Below, piece by piece: positions 19,059-27,363 of a stretch of 64,000 nucleotides of DNA. Under the pieces are notes generated by a model. That model was not told the origin of the DNA, made no database searches, and saw only the letters and a program-made list of their open reading frames with translations. Both the position numbers and the translations under genes were made by a program. The DNA comes from a virus. Taxonomy: Duplodnaviria > Caudoviricetes. Location: the IMG/VR virus record IMGVR_UViG_3300043394_000609; one strand, written 5' to 3'. How positions within the stretch are numbered: position 1 is the stretch's first letter; every line of letters begins with the position of its first letter.

Positions 19059-19691
19059 CTACTTACTTATTTTCCAATAGACACCACCACTTATAAATGG
19101 ACTGAAGTTACCATTAGTCCCGTCTTCGGACACTTTGTTAGTGACGCCGGCACCGATATGAAATATCTTTTCACCTTTAGTTTTTAACATTACACCAACA
19201 CTTAAGTTAGGTACAACATCAACTTTATTATAACCACCACTAAACCCTGCATACAACACATTTTTCTTTGGTGTTGGGACATAAACAGTGTCTTTTACTA
19301 CTTTTTGTTTAACATGTGGTTCAAATGACTTAGTCATCAATTTATTTTGGTAAACTAACCCAACAAAATTAATAAACCCTAAATTATTAGGTAAGGTAAT
19401 TGTCTCCTTTAATTCGTTTTTAGTGTTAAAGTCTTTCAATATTGATGCGGTATCTACCGGCTGATACATTAATACTGGTTTATCAACTTCCACAAGAATT
19501 TCAACCGGAACCTGAACCTCAACTAAAGAATCCACAAGTACAGTGTCATGAACCGCATATGGTATTGAATCTATTTGAGGAACATAAACTGTTCTATTTG
19601 GCATAATCCCTTTTGGGTTAACAATGGTTAAAACACAAATAATGGTCAAGAAACCAATAATACCGTTTGATATCGTTAGGTGTTTTTTCAT
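19059..19691 (-). CDS. Envelope protein with N-terminal TM and C-terminal amphipathic beta strands
   Basis: TM at about aa 10-25; several D(S/T)-hydrophobic motifs; C-terminus FISGGVYWKI. Confidence 0.6.
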   Translation of the reverse strand: MKKHLTISNGIIGFLTIICVLTIVNPKGIMPNRTVYVPQIDSIPYAVHDTVLVDSLVEVQVPVEILVEVDKPVLMYQPVDTASILKDFNTKNELKETITLPNNLGFINFVGLVYQNKLMTKSFEPHVKQKVVKDTVYVPTPKKNVLYAGFSGGYNKVDVVPNLSVGVMLKTKGEKIFHIGAGVTNKVSEDGTNGNFSPFISGGVYWKISK

Positions 19692-20110
19692 TATTTAACT
19701 AATAGTAATGAAGTTGAAATTATTGCAATATAGGTACCTATTTTATATAAACCAGTTTTAAACTTTTGTGCTTTTAGTTCCTTTAATAAACTTTCCGATT
19801 TTTCTCTTTCTAAAGAAAATTGTTCGTCTTTTTTGGAGATAATCAATTCTAAGTTACCAATTTTTTGGTCCTTAAGACCATCTTTTTGTTTATGTAACCC
19901 AATTTGTTCATCTTTCAAAGTGACAATCTTATTTAATTCAACAATCTCTAATTTAGCACCATCATAACGGATTAAATCCTGGTAAACTAATCTAGCGATT
20001 CTTGTTGGTAAAACGACAACGCTTGTGTCGGTTTTAATTGTTGTATCTTGCTGCGAATAACTGCTCAAGCTCGACATTACCAATAGTAGTAATAGCATTA
20101 ACTTTTTCAT
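19691..20110 (-). CDS. Secreted coiled-coil protein, spanin-like
   Basis: Signal peptide MKKLMLLLLLVMSSLSSYS, coiled coil, C-terminal hydrophobic helix; overlaps the upstream gene by 77 nt. Confidence 0.55.
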   Translation of the reverse strand: MKKLMLLLLLVMSSLSSYSQQDTTIKTDTSVVVLPTRIARLVYQDLIRYDGAKLEIVELNKIVTLKDEQIGLHKQKDGLKDQKIGNLELIISKKDEQFSLEREKSESLLKELKAQKFKTGLYKIGTYIAIISTSLLLVK

Positions 20111-20372
20111 CTGTGTTGTTTTTAATAATTGTTATGTTCTCTTTTACACTTTCAACGTTTTTCTCGACGTTAACGATTTTTGTGCTAACCGTATCAATTT
20201 GATTGTCAATTTGTTTATTAACAGTATAAACCGAATCCACTTCTTTTTGGATTGAGTCTATCTTTTGGTTATAACCTGCTACATCTGTTTTTATTTGGCT
20301 AGTGGTAAATAAATTCCACGCCGCTAGTGCAGCAAGAATAACTAACAGAATTGTTGTTTTGTTGTCCTTCAT
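20034..20372 (-). CDS. i-spanin-like protein
   Basis: N-terminal TM followed by a heptad coiled coil. Confidence 0.55.
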   Translation of the reverse strand: MKDNKTTILLVILAALAAWNLFTTSQIKTDVAGYNQKIDSIQKEVDSVYTVNKQIDNQIDTVSTKIVNVEKNVESVKENITIIKNNTDEKVNAITTIGNVELEQLFAARYNN

Positions 20373-20398
20373 GATTATTGTTTTATTATAAATACAAA

Positions 20399-20419
20399 GA
20401 GGTTCTAAATAAGAACCTC
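20399..20419 (-). terminator. Hairpin/terminator after the Zn-ribbon gene
   Basis: GAGGTTCT-N5-AGAACCTC perfect 8-bp stem followed by UUUGUAUUU. Confidence 0.6.
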
Positions 20420-20444
20420 AATGCTAGCCTTGTGATATTTTTTA

Positions 20445-21275
20445 TTAGAATTTTGTTCCGCAATGTGGGCAGAACTTATGTGTGTCTTTTTTTCTTTTCG
20501 AACCACACTCGGTACAATATGATACTAAATCAGATTTAACAAACAATTTTTCAGATACTGGTTTTATTTTCCACCAATTTGTTGTGCTTGGGAAAGATTC
20601 CCATGATGATGAATTATCATAATCAAAAGTTTGTTTTGAACTTGAACCTTTTTCAACCCTTCCGGTTTCAATTGATTTTTCTTTTTTTAAACTTCTTTTA
20701 TTTGGACCCGCAAATGTGTTTACCCCCGAAATGGTATTCGATGATTGATTAAAGTCAAGTGACACACCAGTGGTATACGAAATGTTCGATGTCCCATTAA
20801 GTGTTGTCATTGGATAATTAACGTAAGTTCCAGTAGATGGTGAAGACAATGTTGTAAATGTTGCATTACTTCCCCAATTACTTGTTATTGATGGATTCAA
20901 TGTTAAAACGCCAGTAAAGGTCTCCTTATAAAACTTAACATTTACATTCCCGTTAATAGCTATCGCCGCTTCAACTTCATTAGTGGTTGCCGCTTCAACA
21001 TTATAGGTCTCAAATAAGAATTTCTTAGCCTCGCTCAAATAGCGTTCTAAATAGATTCTTTCACCTGGTCTAAGAATAATTCCATTACCAATAGAATTAC
21101 CATTAACTTCGATTTTTGCTAAAACTTTATTTTGTGTTGGATTAAAAAGTTCGATTTCGAACTCATCACCGTTTTTAAGATAAACGGTATCAATATTCTG
21201 TTTTAATCTTTGTTTACCCTTGGTAATAAAAGATTGAGGTACAGTAATAGACCCCGTAGCTGTGAAATATCCCAT
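20445..21275 (-). CDS. Beta-rich hypothetical protein with C-terminal Zn ribbon
   Basis: FEIELFNPT...ILRPGERIYLER domain, S/T-rich linker, ETGRVEKG, CTECG...FCPHCG. Confidence 0.8.
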   Translation of the reverse strand: MGYFTATGSITVPQSFITKGKQRLKQNIDTVYLKNGDEFEIELFNPTQNKVLAKIEVNGNSIGNGIILRPGERIYLERYLSEAKKFLFETYNVEAATTNEVEAAIAINGNVNVKFYKETFTGVLTLNPSITSNWGSNATFTTLSSPSTGTYVNYPMTTLNGTSNISYTTGVSLDFNQSSNTISGVNTFAGPNKRSLKKEKSIETGRVEKGSSSKQTFDYDNSSSWESFPSTTNWWKIKPVSEKLFVKSDLVSYCTECGSKRKKDTHKFCPHCGTKF

Positions 21276-21299
21276 TTCCTTATATTTTTTAATTTGTAT

Positions 21300-21371
21300 T
21301 TGAACCCCTATTCGTAGGTATCAATTCCTACTCAAATGTTTCTAGAACACTAGGACCTCAATCACAAGGCT
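21300..21371 (-). ncRNA. Structured 5' leader (predicted three-way junction)
   Basis: P1 UUGAGGUCCUA/UAGGGGUUCAA (one mismatch), P2 GUGUU/AACAU, linker UUGA, P3 GUAGG/CCUAC, linker GAA. Confidence 0.55.
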
Positions 21372-21492
21372 TTAAATAAATATATGGATAAATAAAAAAA
21401 AAGGGAAGTATAAAGATAGTGTTGGTTAAAATTAATTTAACGAATAAAAAGTCTAGGTGGGTGTTTTGGTGTTTTACAAGATATTTATTTAT

Positions 21493-22569
21493 ATGGATAG
21501 AAAAGTTTTTATATATGGTCTTTTTGATGTTAGAAATGATGTTATAAGATATGTGGGTAAATCAATAAATGTCGAAAAAAGACTAAGAGATCATCTAAGT
21601 GAAAGAAATAGAACTAAAAATCATAAAAATGATTGGGTTAGTTCAGTCATTGAATCCAATTCAAAAATCAATTTTAAAATACTTGAGGTTTGTGATGAAA
21701 GTAATTGGAAGGAACGAGAACGAGAATGGATTGTTAAACTAAGAAAAGAAAACAATTTGGTTAATTACACTGATGGCGGTGATGGTGAGCAAACAAATCG
21801 ATTTACATTATCTTATTGTGAATTAAAAGAGTGGGTTATTAAAAATAAACCAGAATATGTAAATTCAATTTCATCATATAAAAAGTGGGTTAAATTTAAT
21901 AATACACCAATTTTTTTGCCGAAAACCCCTAAAAACGTATATGAAAAATATGGGTGGGTTAGTTGGGGTGATTTTTTAGGTACCGGTAATGTAAAAAGTA
22001 ATGATTTGATTAAAAATTATATAACATATGATGAATGTAAAAAATGGGTAAAAGAAAATTTAAGCATCGTAACTTCAATTAAAATGTGGAAGAATTACCA
22101 TGAAAATAATCAACTACCAATTTTTATCCCAAAGCGACCAGAAAGATTTTATAAAAGTAGGGGGTGGGTAGATTGGTATGATTTTTTAAATTACAATAAA
22201 AAAACATTTTTATCTCACCACGAAGCCAAAAAATGGTTGAACGAAAATTTTGGTAAAATAAACATAGTTGAATTTAAAAAATTATGTGCTAATGGTGATA
22301 TCCCTAATTTTATACCAAGGAAACCACATAACACATATGATGATTTTATAAGTTGGAATGATTTTCTAGGTGGTAAAAGTAAAAGAAATAAGAACGATTA
22401 CTTATCATTTAATGATGCAAAAAAAATTGTACACACACTAAAAATAAAATCAAGAAATCAATGGAAAGGGTTTATTAAAAACGAAACACATAAACTAAAA
22501 ATACCAACTAACCCGGATTCATTTTATTGTGGTGAATGGGTTAGTTGGTATGATTGGTTAGATAAATAA
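21493..22569 (+). mobile_element. Free-standing GIY-YIG homing endonuclease with C-terminal integrase-repeat-like units
   Basis: FIYGL...IRYVGKS...KRLRDH, E..WI, LVN.TDGGDG; four PxxPxxxY..W.SW.DFL repeats; opposite strand to neighbours; ATG 21493 preferred over GTG 21457. Confidence 0.85.
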
Positions 22570-22570
22570 A

Positions 22571-23248
22571 TTATTTTTTATTTTTTAAAATAATTTCATC
22601 AATAATTCCGTAATTTAAAGCTTCATCAGTGTCTAACCATAAATCTCTAATAGTGTCGTTTAGAATAATTTCAGCCGGTTTATTACAATAGTCACTCAAT
22701 AAATCGAACAATATAGTGTTGTACTTTTCAGCTTCAGCATTATTAATTCTCAAGTCCTGTATGTTCCCTTGTCCACCAAAACTTATTTGATGTAACATTA
22801 CTTTAGAAAATTTAATACCTGATCTTTTTCCTTTTGTACCAGCACCTAATAAAATTGAACCCATTGACGCCGCCATTCCAGTATTAATAGTTCTCATGTC
22901 TGAATTAATATAATCCATTGTTGCAACCATCGATAACCCAGCAGGAACCGAACCACCTGGTGAGTTAATGTACATTGTGATGTCTAAATTATCAATACTA
23001 TCTAAAAACAATAATTGTGCTTGTGTAATTACTGACATTTTTTCATCAACCTCACCGGTAATGAATAATATTCTATCCATAAGTAATCGCGAGAAAACAT
23101 CCATCTGTGTAACATTCATACTCCTTTCTTCAAGAATATAAGGGGTTAAACTATTTTCAATCTTCTTTGCATGGTAATGCATATTCATTGAACTAACGCC
23201 ATAATCCTTGGCAAATAAACCGAAATCTTTGTAGTCTTTAGTATTCAT
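22571..23248 (-). CDS. clpP: ATP-dependent Clp protease proteolytic subunit
   Basis: DVFSRLLMDRI, YINSPGGSV, AASMG (Ser), MLHQ (His), RDLWL (Asp), YGIIDEI. Confidence 0.95.
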   Translation of the reverse strand: MNTKDYKDFGLFAKDYGVSSMNMHYHAKKIENSLTPYILEERSMNVTQMDVFSRLLMDRILFITGEVDEKMSVITQAQLLFLDSIDNLDITMYINSPGGSVPAGLSMVATMDYINSDMRTINTGMAASMGSILLGAGTKGKRSGIKFSKVMLHQISFGGQGNIQDLRINNAEAEKYNTILFDLLSDYCNKPAEIILNDTIRDLWLDTDEALNYGIIDEIILKNKK

Positions 23249-23283
23249 ATCTTATTTTTTTTTGCAAATATATTAATATTTTT

Positions 23284-25626
23284 TTAATAGTTGTTAATTT
23301 TTGTTTTTATTTCTTCAATTGAAGATACATTGTCTTCTTTTGTAATCATAATCATATTATCTGACCAGTTTCTGATTAACGGATTATGTGAGATAACAAA
23401 GATGTGTTCGAAATAATTTTTAATCTTTTTGAAGAATTCCCCAACCATTTCTAAATTCTCATCAGCAACTTTACCAAATACTTCGTCCATAACAACAATG
23501 TTTGGCTTAGGTAATGATGATACTTTAGTTAACACACTTCTAAGTGCTAACGATGAAATTGTTCTTTCATAACCTGAACCAGCGTTTAATGGTTTTGCTA
23601 CTCTAGTTTCTGAATCAATCATAACAAACTCTAATTCATTTTTATCATTGATGTTTAACTCTAAGATGAAATAACAACTATCAACTAATAATCGTTGTAA
23701 CTCATCGTTGATTAATGGTATCATATTTTTCAAAATTGTTTTTGAAATACCATTCTTACCATAAACTGATAGATAAATTTTAAATACCGATTGTAATTCT
23801 TCTTCTGATTTAATCTTCTCAATTAACTTGTCGTTGATATCAATTTTCTCAGTTAGATTAGTGATGTTATTACGGTTCCTTTCAATACTTGTGTTTGTGT
23901 TTCTAATGTCACCATTGGCCGTTTCAATTTGAGACCTCAAATTAATAATATCACTATCAATTTTTTGATTCGCTTCCAATTTAGACTTATTCTCTTCGTA
24001 TCGATCTAATAATAATTGTTTAGCGTCAATCTCCAATTGTTTTTGGTCAACCTCAAGTAAGAAACGTTCCTTTCTTAATTTATTGCGTTCATATTCATCA
24101 TATTCACGTTTTAAAGCAGCATAACTACTTTCAGTTGTTTCCAATACGGAAATACCCTCTTTTATTTGTTCGTATTTTTCTTTAGCATCACTAATCTCTT
24201 TTTTAAGAGATTCAATTTCATTAGTATGATCGACATCTTCCAATGCGCGTTTACACGTTGGACATATCGTACCTTCTTCGAATTGTTTAATGGTTGCTTT
24301 ATTTCTAGTTGCAGAATCAATAGCTACACGACTTTCAATTTGCAGAGAGCTAATTTCTTTTCTTACCTTGTCATGTTCTTCTTCTAAATAAAATTTTGAT
24401 GGCTCAGTAACCACAACAGATTCACTTTGTGTTTTACTACTAGCTTGTTTTACCTTTAAATCATCAATTTCTCTTTGAACAGATACTGGGTTTGTTCTTA
24501 TTAAATCCTGATCAATATCATTATTTCTTGAAGACAATAAAGCATCTCTAGTTTCTTCTAAAGATTTTAAACTCGATTTAAAGGTTTCGAGCGCAACACC
24601 TAAACGAATAATTTCACTTTTAGACGTTTCAATATTTTCTTTAAACGTTTCATTATCGTTTTGCAAATCAACAATGTTATTGGTGTTAGAAATTAATTTC
24701 TTAGCCCAGTCATTGTAAATTAAACGACACGTTTCTTCTTTTTGTTTTAGGCTTTCTAACCCTAAGAATTTGGTTAGGATTTGTCCACGAGCAGTTGGTT
24801 TAGAATCAATCAATTCTTCTAAATTATAACCAGTGGTTAAAATAGTCGATAAGAAATCTTCTTCGGTACCAATGGCTGATTTAATGAACTCTTCAGTTTC
24901 ACGTCTTTGTTCACCTGTTAAGTTTTCGGTTGTGCCGTCTTCCTTTTCTTTATAGAAATCTAATTCTGTTTTAACGTTGAATTCACCCGCTCTAGATTTT
25001 TTTCTGGTTAATGATCTTGAAATAACATAATTATCGCCATCGATAGTAATGTACCCTTTCACCGAAACAGCATCTTCATCTGTAAATTTATTGAAAATTT
25101 CACCATTTGTTTTCGTCTTTGTTGTTGTATTGAAAAACAAGAACATTAGTAAGTCAACAGAAGATGTTGATTTACCACCAAAATTTCTAGGGTTAGATTC
25201 AATAACAGTAATCCCATTTAAGGGTTCAAAGTCAATTACGTTATTGTTACCAAATGAAAGGAAGTTTGAGAATTCAACCTTTTTAATGAACCATTTATTG
25301 TAACGTACTTTATTCTCGTTTGTTTCATCAATCTTAGAATTAATACGTGTGTCTAAACGATCAACCAATTCCCATTTAACATTAACGTTGTTTTCTGTTA
25401 AGAAATCACGCATCAATGTTTTTTGATAAACTGGATCTAGAATATTGTCAGTCACTTCAAGAGTCTTTAACCTAGTGTTCTGTTTATCAGACAAGGTTTT
25501 TGTAATCACTTGAACGTGCTTAGTATTGTATTTTGTTTGGAAGTATGCTTTAACCCTCTTTATTCTCTCAGGTGTAAAGTTTTCTGCGACATCTTCCCAG
25601 TCGATTTTAATAAACGGTGCTTTCAT
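23284..25626 (-). CDS. SbcC/Rad50/gp46-like SMC ATPase with N-terminal extension
   Basis: IKKVEFSNFLSFG, NFGGKST, CPTC zinc hook inside coiled coil, GSGYE signature, VVMDE, ISHN. Confidence 0.92.
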   Translation of the reverse strand: MKAPFIKIDWEDVAENFTPERIKRVKAYFQTKYNTKHVQVITKTLSDKQNTRLKTLEVTDNILDPVYQKTLMRDFLTENNVNVKWELVDRLDTRINSKIDETNENKVRYNKWFIKKVEFSNFLSFGNNNVIDFEPLNGITVIESNPRNFGGKSTSSVDLLMFLFFNTTTKTKTNGEIFNKFTDEDAVSVKGYITIDGDNYVISRSLTRKKSRAGEFNVKTELDFYKEKEDGTTENLTGEQRRETEEFIKSAIGTEEDFLSTILTTGYNLEELIDSKPTARGQILTKFLGLESLKQKEETCRLIYNDWAKKLISNTNNIVDLQNDNETFKENIETSKSEIIRLGVALETFKSSLKSLEETRDALLSSRNNDIDQDLIRTNPVSVQREIDDLKVKQASSKTQSESVVVTEPSKFYLEEEHDKVRKEISSLQIESRVAIDSATRNKATIKQFEEGTICPTCKRALEDVDHTNEIESLKKEISDAKEKYEQIKEGISVLETTESSYAALKREYDEYERNKLRKERFLLEVDQKQLEIDAKQLLLDRYEENKSKLEANQKIDSDIINLRSQIETANGDIRNTNTSIERNRNNITNLTEKIDINDKLIEKIKSEEELQSVFKIYLSVYGKNGISKTILKNMIPLINDELQRLLVDSCYFILELNINDKNELEFVMIDSETRVAKPLNAGSGYERTISSLALRSVLTKVSSLPKPNIVVMDEVFGKVADENLEMVGEFFKKIKNYFEHIFVISHNPLIRNWSDNMIMITKEDNVSSIEEIKTKINNY

Positions 25627-25630
25627 GGGG

Positions 25631-25661
25631 TAAAGATAATAAAACTTTACTAACCAACAAA
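25631..25661 (-). promoter_or_regulatory. Representative host-like promoter (TTTG-N19-TATCTTTA)
   Basis: Related -7 boxes at 9194, 11201, 11706, 18067, 23265 (TATATTTG), 29162, 29260, 63002. Confidence 0.6.
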
Positions 25662-25668
25662 AAAAAAA

Positions 25669-25980
25669 TTACTTAATTCTATTTTCTTCAAAAAATTCAA
25701 CTACACCGTTGATGGCCCATACTAAACCACAAGTTAACATCCCGTCGAAAAAGAACCCAACAAATCTAGACACCTCAAATACTGGGGTCACTAAACCACC
25801 TAATGTAATTGACATGAAAAATCCAACCCAGGTTGATGTGCACATCATACATGTGATTAAAGTACCAAAGAAATTTGATTTGCTTTTTATTTTTTCTCTT
25901 AAAGATTCAAAGATTGAACCATAAACAATAATTGTTGTCATCCCATAAGCGATAAACGCCCATAATAATAGTAGTGCCAT
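25669..25980 (-). CDS. DUF1360-like membrane protein
   Basis: IFESLRE...LITCMMCTSTWVG and three hydrophobic segments. Confidence 0.65.
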   Translation of the reverse strand: MALLLLWAFIAYGMTTIIVYGSIFESLREKIKSKSNFFGTLITCMMCTSTWVGFFMSITLGGLVTPVFEVSRFVGFFFDGMLTCGLVWAINGVVEFFEENRIK

Positions 25981-25991
25981 AATTTAAAATT

Positions 25992-26582
25992 TTATTCATC
26001 ATAAAGATCACTTAGATCCGTATTCTTAAGATACTTAGCTTTATTCATTTTCTCAAGGGTTTCTGTGATATTTGTCAATTCAGCATTCAATTGTTTGTTT
26101 TCTAATCTCAATTTTGTTAACTCAGCATCTTTTGTTTTATCGGTAACGATTTTATCAACATACTTTATTACTTCAACAGGTACCTCTTTAATAACTTCAA
26201 CCTCTTTAATGACTTCATTAGTTATTACTTGTGTCTTACCTTTGACTTTGACAGGAACTTCTTTTATTACTTCAACCTCTTTGATTACTTCAACGATAAC
26301 TTCTTTAATAACCTCAACTTCTTTAATAACTTCGACCGGAACCTCCTTGATTACTTCCACTTCCTTAATTACTATTTTATCAACATATTCAATCACTGGA
26401 ATTTGTTTCTCGACAATAACTTCCCTTTTACCATCTGTCGGTGTTTCCCCATATTTTTCAATAGTAAACCCCCGCTTAAATATTTTTTTAGCGAGGGTTT
26501 CTGTATCGTCAATGTTATTTAGTTTGCAATATTGGATAAATTCATTATCCAGCATTAACGAGCTTTTCAGTTTCATCTTCAA
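25992..26582 (-). CDS. Protein with (E/P)VEVIKEV repeats
   Basis: Many VIKEV units followed by a coiled coil; start uncertain (26582, 26576 or 26555). Confidence 0.75.
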   Translation of the reverse strand: MKMKLKSSLMLDNEFIQYCKLNNIDDTETLAKKIFKRGFTIEKYGETPTDGKREVIVEKQIPVIEYVDKIVIKEVEVIKEVPVEVIKEVEVIKEVIVEVIKEVEVIKEVPVKVKGKTQVITNEVIKEVEVIKEVPVEVIKYVDKIVTDKTKDAELTKLRLENKQLNAELTNITETLEKMNKAKYLKNTDLSDLYDE

Positions 26583-27363
26583 TATCTTTAATATCTTTTA
26601 TTTTAAAATGCATAAATGGTTGATCACTTTCAATATCAAAGAATTGATAGTCATTTGATTCTACATCGTAAATACCATAACCATGATGTTCAATGTTTTC
26701 ACCAAAGTTTTGTTGGATAAAACTACCAACCATACTTGCTAAACCACCACTAGGTAATTTAAACGTCTGACGAAGGTGGATATCCCCACATAGTAATAGA
26801 TCCAGATTAATAAAATTTAATCTATCATATGCGTCATCAAACTCAAACCCTAAATCAGTTTTCATTCCTTGAATCGCACCATGGAATAACCCAACGTATT
26901 TGTAGCCATCTTCTTTAACGAACTCTGGTCTTTGGTTATGTTGATATAATGAATAAACAACCCATTTAACATCTTCATCATCATAAACACCCATGTCTTT
27001 ATAATAACTAATGTCTTTATCGTTTAATAACTCAATTATTGGACTAATACTATCTAGTCTCTCGTGATTATTTTCCAAGAAATCATGATTACCTGGGATA
27101 ATTACCACTTTACCAAACTTAGTTAGTTCTTTAATAAACCAACTAGTTAAAAGTAATTGTTCATTAGAAATGTTAATTTTTTGGTGAGCAATGTCACCAG
27201 CAATTACAATTCTAACTTCATCGCGTAATATTCCCTGGTCAGCCCATTCTAGTGAGCATGTTTCTAATTCTGAAATGAATTTTTCAAATTGACTTCTATA
27301 CAATTCATGTAATTGATAGGTTCTAATGTGTAAGTCTGCGATGTGTACTATTTTTTTTACCAT
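26545..27363 (-). CDS. SbcD/Mre11/gp47-like metallophosphoesterase nuclease
   Basis: HIADLH, AGD, PGNHD, FHG, GDIH motifs. Confidence 0.92.
   Translation of the reverse strand: MVKKIVHIADLHIRTYQLHELYRSQFEKFISELETCSLEWADQGILRDEVRIVIAGDIAHQKINISNEQLLLTSWFIKELTKFGKVVIIPGNHDFLENNHERLDSISPIIELLNDKDISYYKDMGVYDDEDVKWVVYSLYQHNQRPEFVKEDGYKYVGLFHGAIQGMKTDLGFEFDDAYDRLNFINLDLLLCGDIHLRQTFKLPSGGLASMVGSFIQQNFGENIEHHGYGIYDVESNDYQFFDIESDQPFMHFKIKDIKDIEDETEKLVNAG

Larger units (their letters stand above)
20426..21371. repeat. 11-bp perfect inverted repeat bracketing one gene
   Basis: AGCCTTGTGAT at 20426-20436 and ATCACAAGGCT at 21361-21371. Confidence 0.85.

Noticed and set aside
21300-21361. Canonical hammerhead ribozyme
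   Set aside because: The CUGANGA core and the NUH cleavage triplet are missing; kept only as an unclassified junction.
20426-21371. IS element or invertible segment defined by the 11-bp inverted repeat
   Set aside because: No transposase or invertase nearby and no evident target duplication; the repeats align with predicted transcript ends, favouring RNA pairing. DNA inversion is not strictly excluded.
21457-21492. GTG start for the GIY-YIG gene
   Set aside because: The TATTTAT box lies inside this segment, and the GIY-like motif begins right after ATG 21493.
26065-26658. 197-aa plus-strand ITSTS-repeat ORF and nested 26229..26522
   Set aside because: Antisense shadow of the VIKEV repeat gene.
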